Numbered from the stretch's first letter, positions 40,046 to 50,325 are shown. The stretch: 64,000 nucleotides of DNA from Nitrospirales bacterium (GCA_965223295.1 CBDCWC010000003.1:992001-1056000); one strand, 5' to 3'. Translations and numbers: made by a program. Notes: generated from the sequence alone by a model not told the origin.

Positions 40046-40413
40046 CGCCTCGCTACGGCCATGTCTATTTGGCTGATCTCAATCCTCGGTTTGGAACCGA
40101 ACCGGGAAAAATTCGTCCGGTGGTCGTCGTTCAAACTGATGCCTTGAATCCGTATCACCTCTCTACGCTCATTTGTCCGCTAACGACACAAATTGATGAA
40201 GAAGAGACTCCCCTCCGAGTAGCGGTGCCGAAAGGCGTCTCAGGCTTAAACGCGGCCTCAGACATTCTTATCGATCAAATCAAAGCAATTGATAATCAAC
40301 GATTTCGGCGTAAGCTAGGTATGCTACCTGAGGCGTACCTCAACGAACTACGTCATAAACTACTGCTGGTTTTGGATTTTGTAGAAGAAGCGCACTCGCA
40401 CAGTGAACCGTAA
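40042..40413 (+). CDS. mazF: MazF/PemK endoribonuclease toxin
   Basis: ADLNPRFGTEPGKIRPVVVVQ, ICPLTT, DQIKAIDNQR. Confidence 0.92.
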   Translation: MTPRYGHVYLADLNPRFGTEPGKIRPVVVVQTDALNPYHLSTLICPLTTQIDEEETPLRVAVPKGVSGLNAASDILIDQIKAIDNQRFRRKLGMLPEAYLNELRHKLLLVLDFVEEAHSHSEP

Positions 40414-40485
40414 AATCAGGACACTTTACCGCTAAGAGAATTCAACCCCGTTGATTATTTAATTCCGCCATCTCTATTCATCTTC

Positions 40486-40512
40486 GTCATTCCTGCGAAG
40501 GCAGGAATCCAG
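40486..40512 (+). repeat. REP-like palindrome
   Basis: GTCATTCCTGCGAAGGCAGGAATCCAG; same GTCATTCC...GGAATC type as at about 37871 and 38682. Confidence 0.7.
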
Positions 40513-40762
40513 GTTCGACCATTCTCTTTAGAACTCTCTGCAAAAGTTACGGAATAAGGTAGAATAGTCCTCACGCAAACCACGATGCAAGCAAGGTCAG
40601 GTCTTGGAATGCAACTCCTATGGATACTGAAGTTGAGAGATCTGATTCTTGAAACGGAATGTTGATGACTTCAGAGCCCGACCAATTCTCTCAATGCCGA
40701 ATGAGAGCTCATTCGGTTGAGTATGATTTCCAGGCAATCGAAATTTCCATTCCTTTCTCGCG

Positions 40763-41455
40763 TTATCTCGACTTCTTTCCGGTCCATTCTAATCTGAAGA
40801 TGTCAGCAAAATGTGTTGTGACTTGTTCTCGCACCTGTCCTGAATCTACTTGTTGACCAAGAATTTTCTGTATTGACGTCATAGTACAATGTTCAATGCC
40901 ACATGGGGTTAAAAGCGAAAATGGCTGGAGATCAACGTTCACATTGAGGGCAAAGCCGTGCATGGTGATGCCTTTTGTGATGCGTACGCCGATGGAGGCG
41001 ATTTTTTCTATATGATCTTCTCTGTCCTTTACCCATACACCTCGAAACTTCTCATGCCGGCATCCCTCAATTCCCCAATCCTGTAACGTTCGGATTAATA
41101 CTTCTTCTAGTTTCTGAACATAGATTTTGGGGCCAGAACAAAAGTTGTGCAATTGGAGAATGGGGTAGCCAATAACCTGACCAGGAGCATGGAACGTCAC
41201 CGAGCCGCCTCGGTTTGTCCGATGTAATCCGATTCCCTGTCTTTGCAGTTCTGTCCAATGTGGTTTCCAATGTTCGGGTTTGGTGGTTTTTCCAAGAGTG
41301 AGGATTGGTTCATGCTCTGTGAGAATTAATGTATCGAGGATGGACCCGTTGTACCGCTTTTCAACCAATGACTGTTGAAGTTGAAGACCCTCGGCAAAAG
41401 GCAGAGAAGGGATGGAAAGTATCGTGCCCTGTTGAGGCAGATTTTCTCGCATCAT
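40763..41455 (-). CDS. lipB: Octanoyltransferase LipB
   Basis: EHEPILTLG, RGGSVTFHAPGQ, KIASIGV, HGFALN, PCGI. Confidence 0.96.
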   Translation of the reverse strand: MMRENLPQQGTILSIPSLPFAEGLQLQQSLVEKRYNGSILDTLILTEHEPILTLGKTTKPEHWKPHWTELQRQGIGLHRTNRGGSVTFHAPGQVIGYPILQLHNFCSGPKIYVQKLEEVLIRTLQDWGIEGCRHEKFRGVWVKDREDHIEKIASIGVRITKGITMHGFALNVNVDLQPFSLLTPCGIEHCTMTSIQKILGQQVDSGQVREQVTTHFADIFRLEWTGKKSR

Positions 41456-41476
41456 AGATCGAAAGAAAATAGCGAG

Positions 41477-41887
41477 TTAGTTGGAAGAAGACGAGGTCTC
41501 TGCTGTGATTTTTAAGGCCTCCAAAATCTGTGCAGGAATGCGTTTGACCTTACCCATAGAATCTACGGAAACCAGGGTCGCAGAACCTTCTACGACTAAG
41601 CGTTGGCTGGTGCGCTCTCGAATCGTATGAGAAAAGGTGATGGAGATACGGCGATCAGCCAAAACGGTCGTATCCACAATCAATGTTTCACCGTGGACGG
41701 CAGCGGAACGGTAGGTCAGTTCCGCTTTGGTCACGCGGAACTCTGTTCCCTGCTGCATAAGCTCGGTGACGGACAACCCATGTTCTTCGAGAAAGTGCGT
41801 TCGCGCCCGTTCAAAGTACTTGAGGTAATTGGCATAGTAGACGACACCTCCACAATCAGTGTCTTCATAATAAATTCGTACCTCCAT
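41477..41887 (-). CDS. ybgC: YbgC/FadM acyl-CoA thioesterase
   Basis: RIYYEDTDCGGVVYYANYLKYFERAR. Confidence 0.92.
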   Translation of the reverse strand: MEVRIYYEDTDCGGVVYYANYLKYFERARTHFLEEHGLSVTELMQQGTEFRVTKAELTYRSAAVHGETLIVDTTVLADRRISITFSHTIRERTSQRLVVEGSATLVSVDSMGKVKRIPAQILEALKITAETSSSSN

Positions 41888-41905
41888 GTAAGGGTATCGA
41901 CGACT

Positions 41906-43189
41906 TTAGATTTTTAATGTGGGAAAGGCTGGAAGGTCTGCCATAACAGTTCCCGTCATCTTCATGGTCAGCTCGAAGAATTGGTGGAATCGTTCAGGCT
42001 TAAGCGATTCAAACCCAAAACCCAATACTGCATGATCGGCCGCATCAAACAAGGACTTCATTTTTGGCCATTCGTTCACAAAACGTTGGCCCAAAGGATC
42101 ATCCAGTCCGGCCAAAGCTTGAAATTGAGCCAGGGGTGGCAGACGATATTTCCCATCAATGTCGTTGAGGTAACAGGTGCGACAAGTTTCTTGCAGGTCT
42201 TTGGGAAGTTTCTCGAGGTTGATATCCCAACTTTTTAATTGATGGTGTTCAAACAATTGATATTGTGCCGCAGCTTCAAGCGCGCGTCGAAGTACTCGGG
42301 TAGCGACTTCTATCTCACGGCTTCTCTCGCTCCGGCGTTTTGCCCATGCCAAGAGATCGCGCATGAGAGAAGGTTTGATTTCCTTGGCATCCAGGACGAT
42401 AGATTCGAGAAATCGCATATTCTCTTTGAGAGACTTGATCATGCGGTCCATACCAGGCGGCCCGCCCCATACGGAAGCCAGTTCCAAAGCCTTGATCCCG
42501 TTTTTCAGTTTTTCCCAGGCCTGACGATAGAGAAATTGCTCCCAAAAACCATAACCTTTGGCGATATCTGCCAGGGCGCGATAGAACGGTTTTGAGCCTC
42601 CACTTACACGATGCTCCAATGTCTGAAAGGTTCGTGCAGCAGCTTCATGCCATCCGTGATTGAACAACTCGCAGGCTTCTTGGCGAATTCTGAGTGCCTC
42701 GGCATCCCATGGGTTTTCTGAGCCGGATGAATCAGAAGAGGGAGCGGATCCGTCTTCTTGATTTGGCGATGTGGTATCCAAGAAGATCTGAGTAGAGAAG
42801 GGAAACCCTCCCAAGGTCATGGCGGAAGCCATAGCGACAGAAGCGCCCGTTAAATCAATGGTCAGATCCCCTGCTGAAATCTCCCATGTGTTTAACAGAG
42901 GAGGCAAACCCTCTGTTACGGCTTTGTGGCATGCGGCAAAACTCTTATCATCAGGTGTCAAAATCCAATCCCAGCGTTTCGGCATGCGAGAAAGGGCTGG
43001 ATGCACATCAGTTTCAACTACGTGCTTGGATGAGTCGTGCAGAAAAAAGCACACCATCTCAGGGCTGAGCCGCTGTAGAATGGTGACGGCGGGTGCCGGA
43101 TCGGTTTGAACGGCCAAGAGGAGTGCTTTTGTTGGTAGAGAGGCACTCACAATGCATCTGACTATATCATTGGTTGAAGAAGGCAGCAA
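41906..43189 (-). CDS. TIGR02710-like CARF-helical-HEPN protein with degenerate motifs (start uncertain)
   Basis: LTIDLTGASVAMASA (CARF), ENPWD...ACELFNHG, AWAKRR...RALEAAAQ, AADHAVLGFGF at the HEPN site. Confidence 0.72.
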   Translation of the reverse strand: MLPSSTNDIVRCIVSASLPTKALLLAVQTDPAPAVTILQRLSPEMVCFFLHDSSKHVVETDVHPALSRMPKRWDWILTPDDKSFAACHKAVTEGLPPLLNTWEISAGDLTIDLTGASVAMASAMTLGGFPFSTQIFLDTTSPNQEDGSAPSSDSSGSENPWDAEALRIRQEACELFNHGWHEAAARTFQTLEHRVSGGSKPFYRALADIAKGYGFWEQFLYRQAWEKLKNGIKALELASVWGGPPGMDRMIKSLKENMRFLESIVLDAKEIKPSLMRDLLAWAKRRSERSREIEVATRVLRRALEAAAQYQLFEHHQLKSWDINLEKLPKDLQETCRTCYLNDIDGKYRLPPLAQFQALAGLDDPLGQRFVNEWPKMKSLFDAADHAVLGFGFESLKPERFHQFFELTMKMTGTVMADLPAFPTLKI

Positions 43190-43276
43190 GGAATGTGACT
43201 CTGAATCTACTGTTCCCTTCGTTCCGTGCCCTGTGCATGTGAAATTTGCCTGCTATCCTGCTACACTCCCAGCATT

Positions 43277-43858
43277 ATGGAAATTGAGGACGTGATTGAA
43301 GCATTTGAAACAAGTGCCGATGTGAAAAATGCGTTTATTCGTACACATGCTGAACGCGTTGTCGAAGTTGGACAATTGCTGATTCGGGCCTTCCGCGATG
43401 GTAAAAAAGCCATGCTGTTTGGGAATGGAGGCAGTGCGACGGACGCTTCCCATATTGCAGCAGAGTTTGTGGGCCGGTATCGTCGAGATCGTGAACCGTT
43501 GCCTGCCCTGGCTTTGTGTACCGACACGGCGGTCTTAACCTGTGTCGCTAACGATTACGATTTTTCTGATATTTTCTCCCGCCAAATCCAGGCCCATGCT
43601 CGAAAAGGTGATGTGGCGATAGCAATCAGCACCAGCGGGAACTCCTTGAATGTCATCCGAGGGGCGGAAACTGCTCATGAACGTGGAATGACGGTCGTGG
43701 GATGGACAGGCGCGGGCGGGGGAAAACTGGCTGATGTGGTGGACTATTGCTTTACGGTGCCTTCTTCCGTCACGGCACGCATTCAGGAATGTCATATCAC
43801 CCTCGGCCATGTGTTGTGCGAATTCATTGAAGAGCGACTCTTTGGCGACCAAGACTAA
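43277..43858 (+). CDS. gmhA: Phosphoheptose isomerase
   Basis: FGNGGSATDASHIAAEFVGR, ANDY, STSGNS, TARIQECH. Confidence 0.95.
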   Translation: MEIEDVIEAFETSADVKNAFIRTHAERVVEVGQLLIRAFRDGKKAMLFGNGGSATDASHIAAEFVGRYRRDREPLPALALCTDTAVLTCVANDYDFSDIFSRQIQAHARKGDVAIAISTSGNSLNVIRGAETAHERGMTVVGWTGAGGGKLADVVDYCFTVPSSVTARIQECHITLGHVLCEFIEERLFGDQD

Positions 43859-44822
43859 ATCATCATCCTCTCCCATCGGGCCCAAGCTAAATTTGGCTCG
43901 GCTGCGTACGTATCCCCTCCAGACTCGACATTCCAAAGTGAATATGAAAGATGGTGCCACTCCATGGCGTCGTGGGGGTGCATTTCAGAAATTTCTTCAA
44001 ACTCTTCCCAATATTTTAGCAGGACAAACGTTCAACGCCGTGGTGTCCGCAATAGTCACGGCCCGGCAGCGAGGGAAACCTGTGATCTTGGGAATGGGAG
44101 CGCACGCCACAAAAGTTGGGCTGAATCCTATTCTTGTTGACTTAATGCGTAAAGAAGTGATCACCGCAGTGGCAGTGAACGGAGCGGTCATCATTCATGA
44201 TTTTGAATTAGCCTATCAAGGACACACATCAGAAGAAGTCGAAACGGAAATTGACACCGGACGATTTGGCATGGCGGAGGATACCGGACGTATTCTAAAC
44301 GAAGCCATTGTCAATGGGTGGCAAAAGGGGTTGGGCTTAGGAGAATCGGTGGGGCGTTACATGATATCGCATCCCAGGCAATTTCCCCATCGGCGTTCAA
44401 GTGTGCTCGCGACCGGTGCACGATTGAGCATTCCAGTCACCGTTCATGTGGCTATTGGAACGGATATTATTCATATGCATCCCAATGCCAATGGCGAAGC
44501 GATTGGTGGTGGGTCATTGGCAGATTTTCGTAAGTTGGCGGCATTGGTCTCAAAGATGGAAAATGGCGTCTATATTAACCTAGGTTCCGCAGTTCTTCTC
44601 CCTGAAGTTTTTTTGAAAACGGTAACCTTGGGGAGGAATTTAGGGCGTGCGCTCAACCGCATTACCACCGTCAATATGGATTTTCTTCCGCATTATCGCC
44701 CTATGACTAATGTCGTCAAACGGCCAACTCAAAAAGGCGGAAAAGGGTTTAATTTGGTCGGACATCATGAAATAATGGTTCCCCTGTTGGCTGCGGCAGT
44801 ATTAGAAGGACTGAAACACTGA
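43842..44822 (+). CDS. Uncharacterised protein with deoxyhypusine-synthase-like fold
   Basis: GMGAHATKVGL, NGAVIIHDFE, FGMAEDTG, IGTDIIHMHP, GSAVLLPEVFLK, GHHEIMVPL; overlaps gmhA; start uncertain. Confidence 0.75.
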   Translation: MATKTKSSSSPIGPKLNLARLRTYPLQTRHSKVNMKDGATPWRRGGAFQKFLQTLPNILAGQTFNAVVSAIVTARQRGKPVILGMGAHATKVGLNPILVDLMRKEVITAVAVNGAVIIHDFELAYQGHTSEEVETEIDTGRFGMAEDTGRILNEAIVNGWQKGLGLGESVGRYMISHPRQFPHRRSSVLATGARLSIPVTVHVAIGTDIIHMHPNANGEAIGGGSLADFRKLAALVSKMENGVYINLGSAVLLPEVFLKTVTLGRNLGRALNRITTVNMDFLPHYRPMTNVVKRPTQKGGKGFNLVGHHEIMVPLLAAAVLEGLKH

Positions 44823-44886
44823 AAATATCCTAACCATTCAGATGTCTTTATCGATTTGTCATGAGCCGCATGTGGCTTTTTAGAGG

Positions 44887-46302
44887 ATGCTTATGAAAAA
44901 GAAAATCCTGATTGTCGATGATCATCCCGACATTGTGCTGATGCTTGCTGATCGCCTGGAGGCCCTGAATTACGAAACAATCAAGGCTGGAAACGGGAAG
45001 GAAGCCTTAGACAAACTTGATCAGCATTCCCCTCATCTTATGATGTTGGACTTGGAAATGCCTAAAATGACCGGGATGGAAGTGTTACATGAGTTGAAGA
45101 AAATGAGTGCAAAAAAAAATGACAAGGAGGAGTCAAAGATATTTGGCGGAGAGGCGTTGTCTCTGCCCGTAGTGGTCATGACCGCCCACGGGACGATATC
45201 TAAAGCGGTCGAAGCCATGCAAGCTGGTGCCTATGATTTTCTGACCAAACCAATTGAATTAGATCATTTGTCCCTGGTCCTGAAGAAAGTGCTGGCCCGG
45301 GAAGCCCTGAGCCGACAGGTGGCGTCGCTAAGGACAGAAGTAGAAAGTCGGTATAGCCGAATTGTGGGTGAGAGTCCACAAGTCAGATCCACGGTGGAAT
45401 TGGCTAAACGTGCTTCTGAGACTGATGCCACAGTGTTGCTTCTGGGAGAAAGTGGAACGGGGAAAGAACTCTTTGCCAGGTCAATTCACCAATGGAGTGA
45501 CCGAAGAGAAATGCCGTTTAGCATCGTCAATTGTGTGGCCCTTACCGAAACCCTGCTTGAGAATGAATTGTTCGGTCATGAAAAAGGAGCTTTCACAGGC
45601 GCGGACAGCATGCAAAAAGGCAAGATGGAAGCGGCTGATGGAGGCACCGTCTTTTTGGATGAAATTGGAGATATGCCGCTGGGTCTCCAAGCGAAACTAT
45701 TGCGCGTATTGCAAGATCATGAATTCCCCAGGGTGGGAGGCACCCGCTTAGTGCGGGTCAATATTCGTGTTATAGCGGCCACGAATAAAGACTTAAAGCA
45801 AGCTGTCAAATCCGGAACATTCCGGGAAGATCTCTTTTTCCGGCTGAATGTAGTGAGTCTATCTTTGCCGCCGCTGAGAGATCGCCCTGAAGATATCATT
45901 CCTCTAGCCGAATATTTCCTGGACCGCCATGTCCGAGAAATGAAACGCCAAAAACGGAAATTTTCTAAAGCGGCCATTGATGCCATGCGTTGTAGTCTAT
46001 GGCAGGGGAACATTCGAGAACTTGATAATGCGATTGCGCGAGCCGTTGTTCTGGGGGTGGAAGAAGAAATCTCTCCTGAACTACTCGGACTTGGAAGTGG
46101 CCAAAGGGATGAGATGGAAAATCTTGACAATCTGCCCTATCATGAAGCACTCGATCTTTTTAGCAAACATATCTTGGAACGAGCCATGCGGCGAAGCAAC
46201 TGGAGTCAGACCAAAGCGGCCGAGTTGCTAGGGTTGCAGCGAACCTATCTTTCTCGCATTGTCAAACAAAAAAACATCCAACAAAGCACCGACGTAACGT
46301 GA
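44887..46302 (+). CDS. Sigma54-dependent response regulator (NtrC family)
   Basis: REC domain; GESGTGKE, ELFGHEKGAFTGA, FLDEIG, FREDLFFRL; C-terminal Fis HTH. Confidence 0.96.
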   Translation: MLMKKKILIVDDHPDIVLMLADRLEALNYETIKAGNGKEALDKLDQHSPHLMMLDLEMPKMTGMEVLHELKKMSAKKNDKEESKIFGGEALSLPVVVMTAHGTISKAVEAMQAGAYDFLTKPIELDHLSLVLKKVLAREALSRQVASLRTEVESRYSRIVGESPQVRSTVELAKRASETDATVLLLGESGTGKELFARSIHQWSDRREMPFSIVNCVALTETLLENELFGHEKGAFTGADSMQKGKMEAADGGTVFLDEIGDMPLGLQAKLLRVLQDHEFPRVGGTRLVRVNIRVIAATNKDLKQAVKSGTFREDLFFRLNVVSLSLPPLRDRPEDIIPLAEYFLDRHVREMKRQKRKFSKAAIDAMRCSLWQGNIRELDNAIARAVVLGVEEEISPELLGLGSGQRDEMENLDNLPYHEALDLFSKHILERAMRRSNWSQTKAAELLGLQRTYLSRIVKQKNIQQSTDVT

Positions 46303-46430
46303 ATGATGAGCCGGATTTCAAGGGAGACTAATCTTGGGATGGCTATTGTGATGAATCAATCTAAAGCCTTTTAGTTCGTGAGTTTTTCTCTAAAGTATTA
46401 GATCATTTCCTTAGCCCATAAATCCTCGTA

Positions 46431-48479
46431 CTAAAATTTAAGAGTTATCCAACCCAGTACTCGGCTTTTGACTGTCTCGCCCAAGGGGTGTTCCTTGTGC
46501 CGATCATTTAGTGCGTTAAAGACAGAGACGACGGCCTCGGCATGTCTCCGATGTCCATCTGGGGCTCGTTCTTCCCAAAAACGATAGGCACAGCGTACGT
46601 TCAGTAGGGTGTAACTTCCAACACGAGAGTTTGGTTCAGGCTCACCCGTGAGGGGTGAGAACGATCGAAAGGCGGAAGAAATTGGAAACGTCGTGGGACC
46701 TACATAGTGCAGCAATGCTTCTCCATTCAGGCCATTCTCCATATCAATTCGCATCCCTCCGCTCACCTTGGATTGGGCTCCAGTACGTCGACTTAGATCT
46801 TTAAATCTTTGATCGAAATCCTGGTAGGAATAATTGGCAAAACCACTCAACCAAGGGGTGAATAGAATCTCAATCCCAGCCTCTCCGCCATAAATGTCTC
46901 CCTGGCCCCCATTACTCGGGGCAGTGGAGTTACCAGCAGATATGGTATTAAACTGGATCAGGTCTTTAAGATGATTGTAAAACAGATCCACGCGGAGCCG
47001 TAGGCGGTGTTTCAGGAACCAGCCCTGATACCCCAGCTCATAGGAAACGATTTTTTCTGGGTCTAAGTTTTTTGACCCCCTGGTCTGAGTCACAGTGGGG
47101 CCAAAAGGGGGGGACAGATTCACCTGCGTCATGACGGCCAAATTATGTTCAAAGGCTGTGGGCGGCCGATAGCCCACAGAAACCGCGGTGCGAAAGGTGT
47201 GGTTTGGGATCGGCTCATACACCAGGGACACTCTGGGGCTGTAGGTGGGATTGATAAAGGTGTCCATATCAAATCGGAATCCTGCTATAGCAGTGAGGGT
47301 TTCAATGCCCGTCCATTCACCTTGCACGTACAATCCAAGACGATCTTCGTGAGTCGTTTTGGAAAGGAAATTGGATGATGTGCGATTGTGTCGGTAGTTC
47401 CCACCGTAGATCAGTCGAGAGGCGCTTCCGAATTCGAGCAAGTGCTGACCTAGCACATCGTAGGAGTCGTGCAGAAAATTATTGGTCGTCTTACCATCTG
47501 TATCAGAAGGCTGTAAGATACTGGCTAGGGTCAGATGCGGAATTGTTTGGGTGTTCGTGTCTGTTCTGTTCCAATAGGTACGGAGAAGTAGGTGTGGGTC
47601 TGCATACTCCAATAGTGCATACGGCTGGAAGAGATCTCCAGCGCTTCTCCCAGTGCTGTTAAGCGGTGCGTTGGAATCGTCTGCGTCCACGACTCCGCCG
47701 GCCAACCGTAGCTTGGCTTGAGCCGGCAAACGGTATTCGGTCTGAACATTGACCTTATAGGCTTGCAACGCCGTCTTGTCTCGATCGTCCCAGTCGTTGG
47801 TCTGATCGTAGCTAGTCGATAACCGATAACTGAAGTTGCCGCGCCGGCCTCCATAGATGGCAGAGCTACTGATAGTGTCAAGTTCTCCACCGGCAACCTG
47901 GATGGTGCTGCCCTTCATTTCATCCGGAGACTTTGTAATTATGTTGATGACTCCATCAAAGGCATTGAACCCGTGAGTGGCTCCGGCTGGGCTTTTGAGC
48001 ACTTCGATTCGCTTGATCTCGAGTAAGGTCACGGGAATTAATTTCCAGGACACGTTGCCTTGTGCATCGACGCCGATCGAGCGGCCATCGACTTGCACCA
48101 GGAGCTTGTTGGCTCCTATCTGATTATTGCCCCGTATGCTGACATTGAAGTCGGCTCCAGTGGTTTGCATCACCTCCATCCCCGGGATACTGCGAAGAAG
48201 CGTCGGAACGTCAATCGCGCCTGAGTGGCGAATGTCTTCTTCTGTGATGACATAAACATTGGATGGGGCTTGGGAAATAGGTTGTTCGTGAAGCGCGGCG
48301 ATGCTGACCGTTTCTTCTTTGAGGAAATCTAAATCTTCTTGGATAAACGCCATATCCACGGCTGCCGGAATCTTTTGGCCTCGGGTTTCTTGAGCCCCAT
48401 GTAGGATGGGAGCGAAGTAAAGACAGAATATGCTGGCTATAAGACTCAGGCAGAAGAATTGAGCAAAATGATGATTCAT
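46431..48479 (-). CDS. TonB-dependent receptor
   Basis: Plug APSNVYVITEEDIRHSG...RIEVLK...GVINIITK; NLDPEK; C-terminal F. Confidence 0.93.
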   Translation of the reverse strand: MNHHFAQFFCLSLIASIFCLYFAPILHGAQETRGQKIPAAVDMAFIQEDLDFLKEETVSIAALHEQPISQAPSNVYVITEEDIRHSGAIDVPTLLRSIPGMEVMQTTGADFNVSIRGNNQIGANKLLVQVDGRSIGVDAQGNVSWKLIPVTLLEIKRIEVLKSPAGATHGFNAFDGVINIITKSPDEMKGSTIQVAGGELDTISSSAIYGGRRGNFSYRLSTSYDQTNDWDDRDKTALQAYKVNVQTEYRLPAQAKLRLAGGVVDADDSNAPLNSTGRSAGDLFQPYALLEYADPHLLLRTYWNRTDTNTQTIPHLTLASILQPSDTDGKTTNNFLHDSYDVLGQHLLEFGSASRLIYGGNYRHNRTSSNFLSKTTHEDRLGLYVQGEWTGIETLTAIAGFRFDMDTFINPTYSPRVSLVYEPIPNHTFRTAVSVGYRPPTAFEHNLAVMTQVNLSPPFGPTVTQTRGSKNLDPEKIVSYELGYQGWFLKHRLRLRVDLFYNHLKDLIQFNTISAGNSTAPSNGGQGDIYGGEAGIEILFTPWLSGFANYSYQDFDQRFKDLSRRTGAQSKVSGGMRIDMENGLNGEALLHYVGPTTFPISSAFRSFSPLTGEPEPNSRVGSYTLLNVRCAYRFWEERAPDGHRRHAEAVVSVFNALNDRHKEHPLGETVKSRVLGWITLKF

Positions 48480-49062
48480 TTAGATAAGAAGTTTTTGCGA
48501 GTTTTCACCTACCTCCCCAACATCTAGCCTTTTGCCTAATGCGTCCGAAGGTAGCGAACGTTGCTTATAAGGGACGGGATAATTCCATTCTTGGAATCCA
48601 CACCCTTCTGTTCGAAGTACAGGACAGGCTAACGCTGGTCAACTGGGCTATCTACGGATTTAGACAACCTGCTGGGTAAGGTTCGTGACTGCCGGGAAGT
48701 GTGGTAAAGAGAGAGGGTGGAAGGAAAGGGCTGGGATAGCTGTCTTTAGAAAATTAATCTAGACTCATGATTACGTATAAATTTTCCCCATTGCCTTCTA
48801 GCCTCGCTTCTTTTCAGACTGCTCGGTAAGACGGTCTTTTCACGTAGACCTCAGTGTCAATTTTTAACGGTACTCGGTTCCGGCTCCTCAATTTCGTCTT
48901 TGTTCCGTCAATTGCACCCCCTTCATCATGTTTACTTTGGACGACTATGAGAACAGAAAAATTTTCTTTCAACAGTTTCTGCAACGCCCCTGCTCCTTTG
49001 ACTTGGCTCTGTTGTGTTGAATACCGAGATTGGCCGCATTGTAGAACTTTCTTTTTGCTCCT

Positions 49063-50013
49063 TCAATCGTTTTCTGGCTTTTTTTGTGAGCGAAGGATAG
49101 GATTCGATTCCAGCTCTGGCGGCGTGTCCGTTGTTTGCTTCGATGGCTTGGTAATTGCCAATGTAAATTCTTTTCCCTGAAAATTGAAAAGATACACTGA
49201 GACGGTAATCGGTATTTCCTGTCCCTGTTTGGTGCGGTGCGTGGTGTAGTAGGACAAGGTTTTTCCTTCCCGCAATTCTTTGAGATGTTCTTGGTAGCGT
49301 TGATGATCATGATATGGAGCGATATCTGGAATATGCAGATTTCCGAGCTCTTCTTTCGTATAGCCAAGTGATTGGAGGGCCGCTTGGTTGGCAAAGCGCA
49401 ATCGTTTGTTGGTGTCGGCCACGAGGATCGCTTCAGGTATGTGGTCGAATGCAAATTGCATGAGCTGCACGTTTTGGGTTAATCGCTGATATTCCTCTAG
49501 AGTGAACGGATTATCGCGGTGGGTCTTTTTCCCTCCCCTGGCCGGACTGAGTTGGAGAATGGAGGGGAAAGGTCCTGCTACCGGCTTAGAAGGCAGTCTC
49601 TGTTCTGAAAATCCAGCTTGAGCGTCTTTGGCTGATTCCCTCGGGCGGATGACTGATCGATACAGGACTTCTTTCACTTCTTCTCGACTATAGGGCTTGG
49701 TCAAATACGCAAAGGCTTTATTGAGCTTGTCGGAGGGTGTTGTTTTCCGTAGCGACGTAAATGCGGTGAGTAACACAATAGAGAGTTGCGGCTTGTGTTC
49801 GGCCAGTTCTCCCAGCACCTCAATGCCATCTCGATCCGGAAGGCCAACATCCAAGAGGACCACATCATAGGATTGCGTGGTACCCTTCTCGATAGCCGCG
49901 TTGCCAGTTTCTACGACATCAACTTCAAACCCTTCATTGCGCAAATAATCGGCCAAGGCTAAGCCAATATCCGGATCGTCATCCACGAGCAATACTCGAG
50001 GATTGGAAGGCAT
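49063..50013 (-). CDS. REC-PAS protein without output domain
   Basis: VLLVDDD...LLDVGLPD...LTKP; PAS AFDHIPEAI...FANQAALQSLGY. Confidence 0.85.
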   Translation of the reverse strand: MPSNPRVLLVDDDPDIGLALADYLRNEGFEVDVVETGNAAIEKGTTQSYDVVLLDVGLPDRDGIEVLGELAEHKPQLSIVLLTAFTSLRKTTPSDKLNKAFAYLTKPYSREEVKEVLYRSVIRPRESAKDAQAGFSEQRLPSKPVAGPFPSILQLSPARGGKKTHRDNPFTLEEYQRLTQNVQLMQFAFDHIPEAILVADTNKRLRFANQAALQSLGYTKEELGNLHIPDIAPYHDHQRYQEHLKELREGKTLSYYTTHRTKQGQEIPITVSVYLFNFQGKEFTLAITKPSKQTTDTPPELESNPILRSQKKPEND

Positions 50014-50209
50014 AAGCTCTATTCTTTCTTTTCTATTTCTTGGCCCGCGATGGCCCACTCAACTTTATTCACAATGACTCATTTTAAGCCAAAAGCAGAG
50101 AGACCTTTCAGGAGGCTATACCCCCTTCTGATGGGAACCATGTAATTTCTAGGCTTCCCTAACTTGTTGTTTTAGCAAGCATGTAGGTTTTAGGAGGCAC
50201 GGATTGGTG

Positions 50210-50244
50210 TATCTGATTAGATAATTTATTTATCTAAATAGATA
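50210..50244. promoter_or_regulatory. Tandem palindromes TATCT-N4-AGATA (putative activator binding site)
   Basis: TATCTgattAGATA and TATCTaaatAGATA, 21 bp apart; IHF-like TAACTTGTTGTTT at about 50160. Confidence 0.7.
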
Positions 50245-50325
50245 CGATTTGGGGGGCAGGGTGGCTACCTCTGTTTCAAGAGAGCTTACCCACAGGAGAG
50301 GTAGTATGGCTATTTGTGTTGTTAC

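Noticed and set aside
48480-49062. Cobalamin or other riboswitch upstream of the TonB receptor
   Set aside because: No B12-box or other recognisable aptamer by eye; an Rfam scan would be needed to exclude it
50060-50160. Sigma54 promoter for the REC-PAS gene
   Set aside because: No correctly spaced GG-N10-GC found despite the upstream boxes
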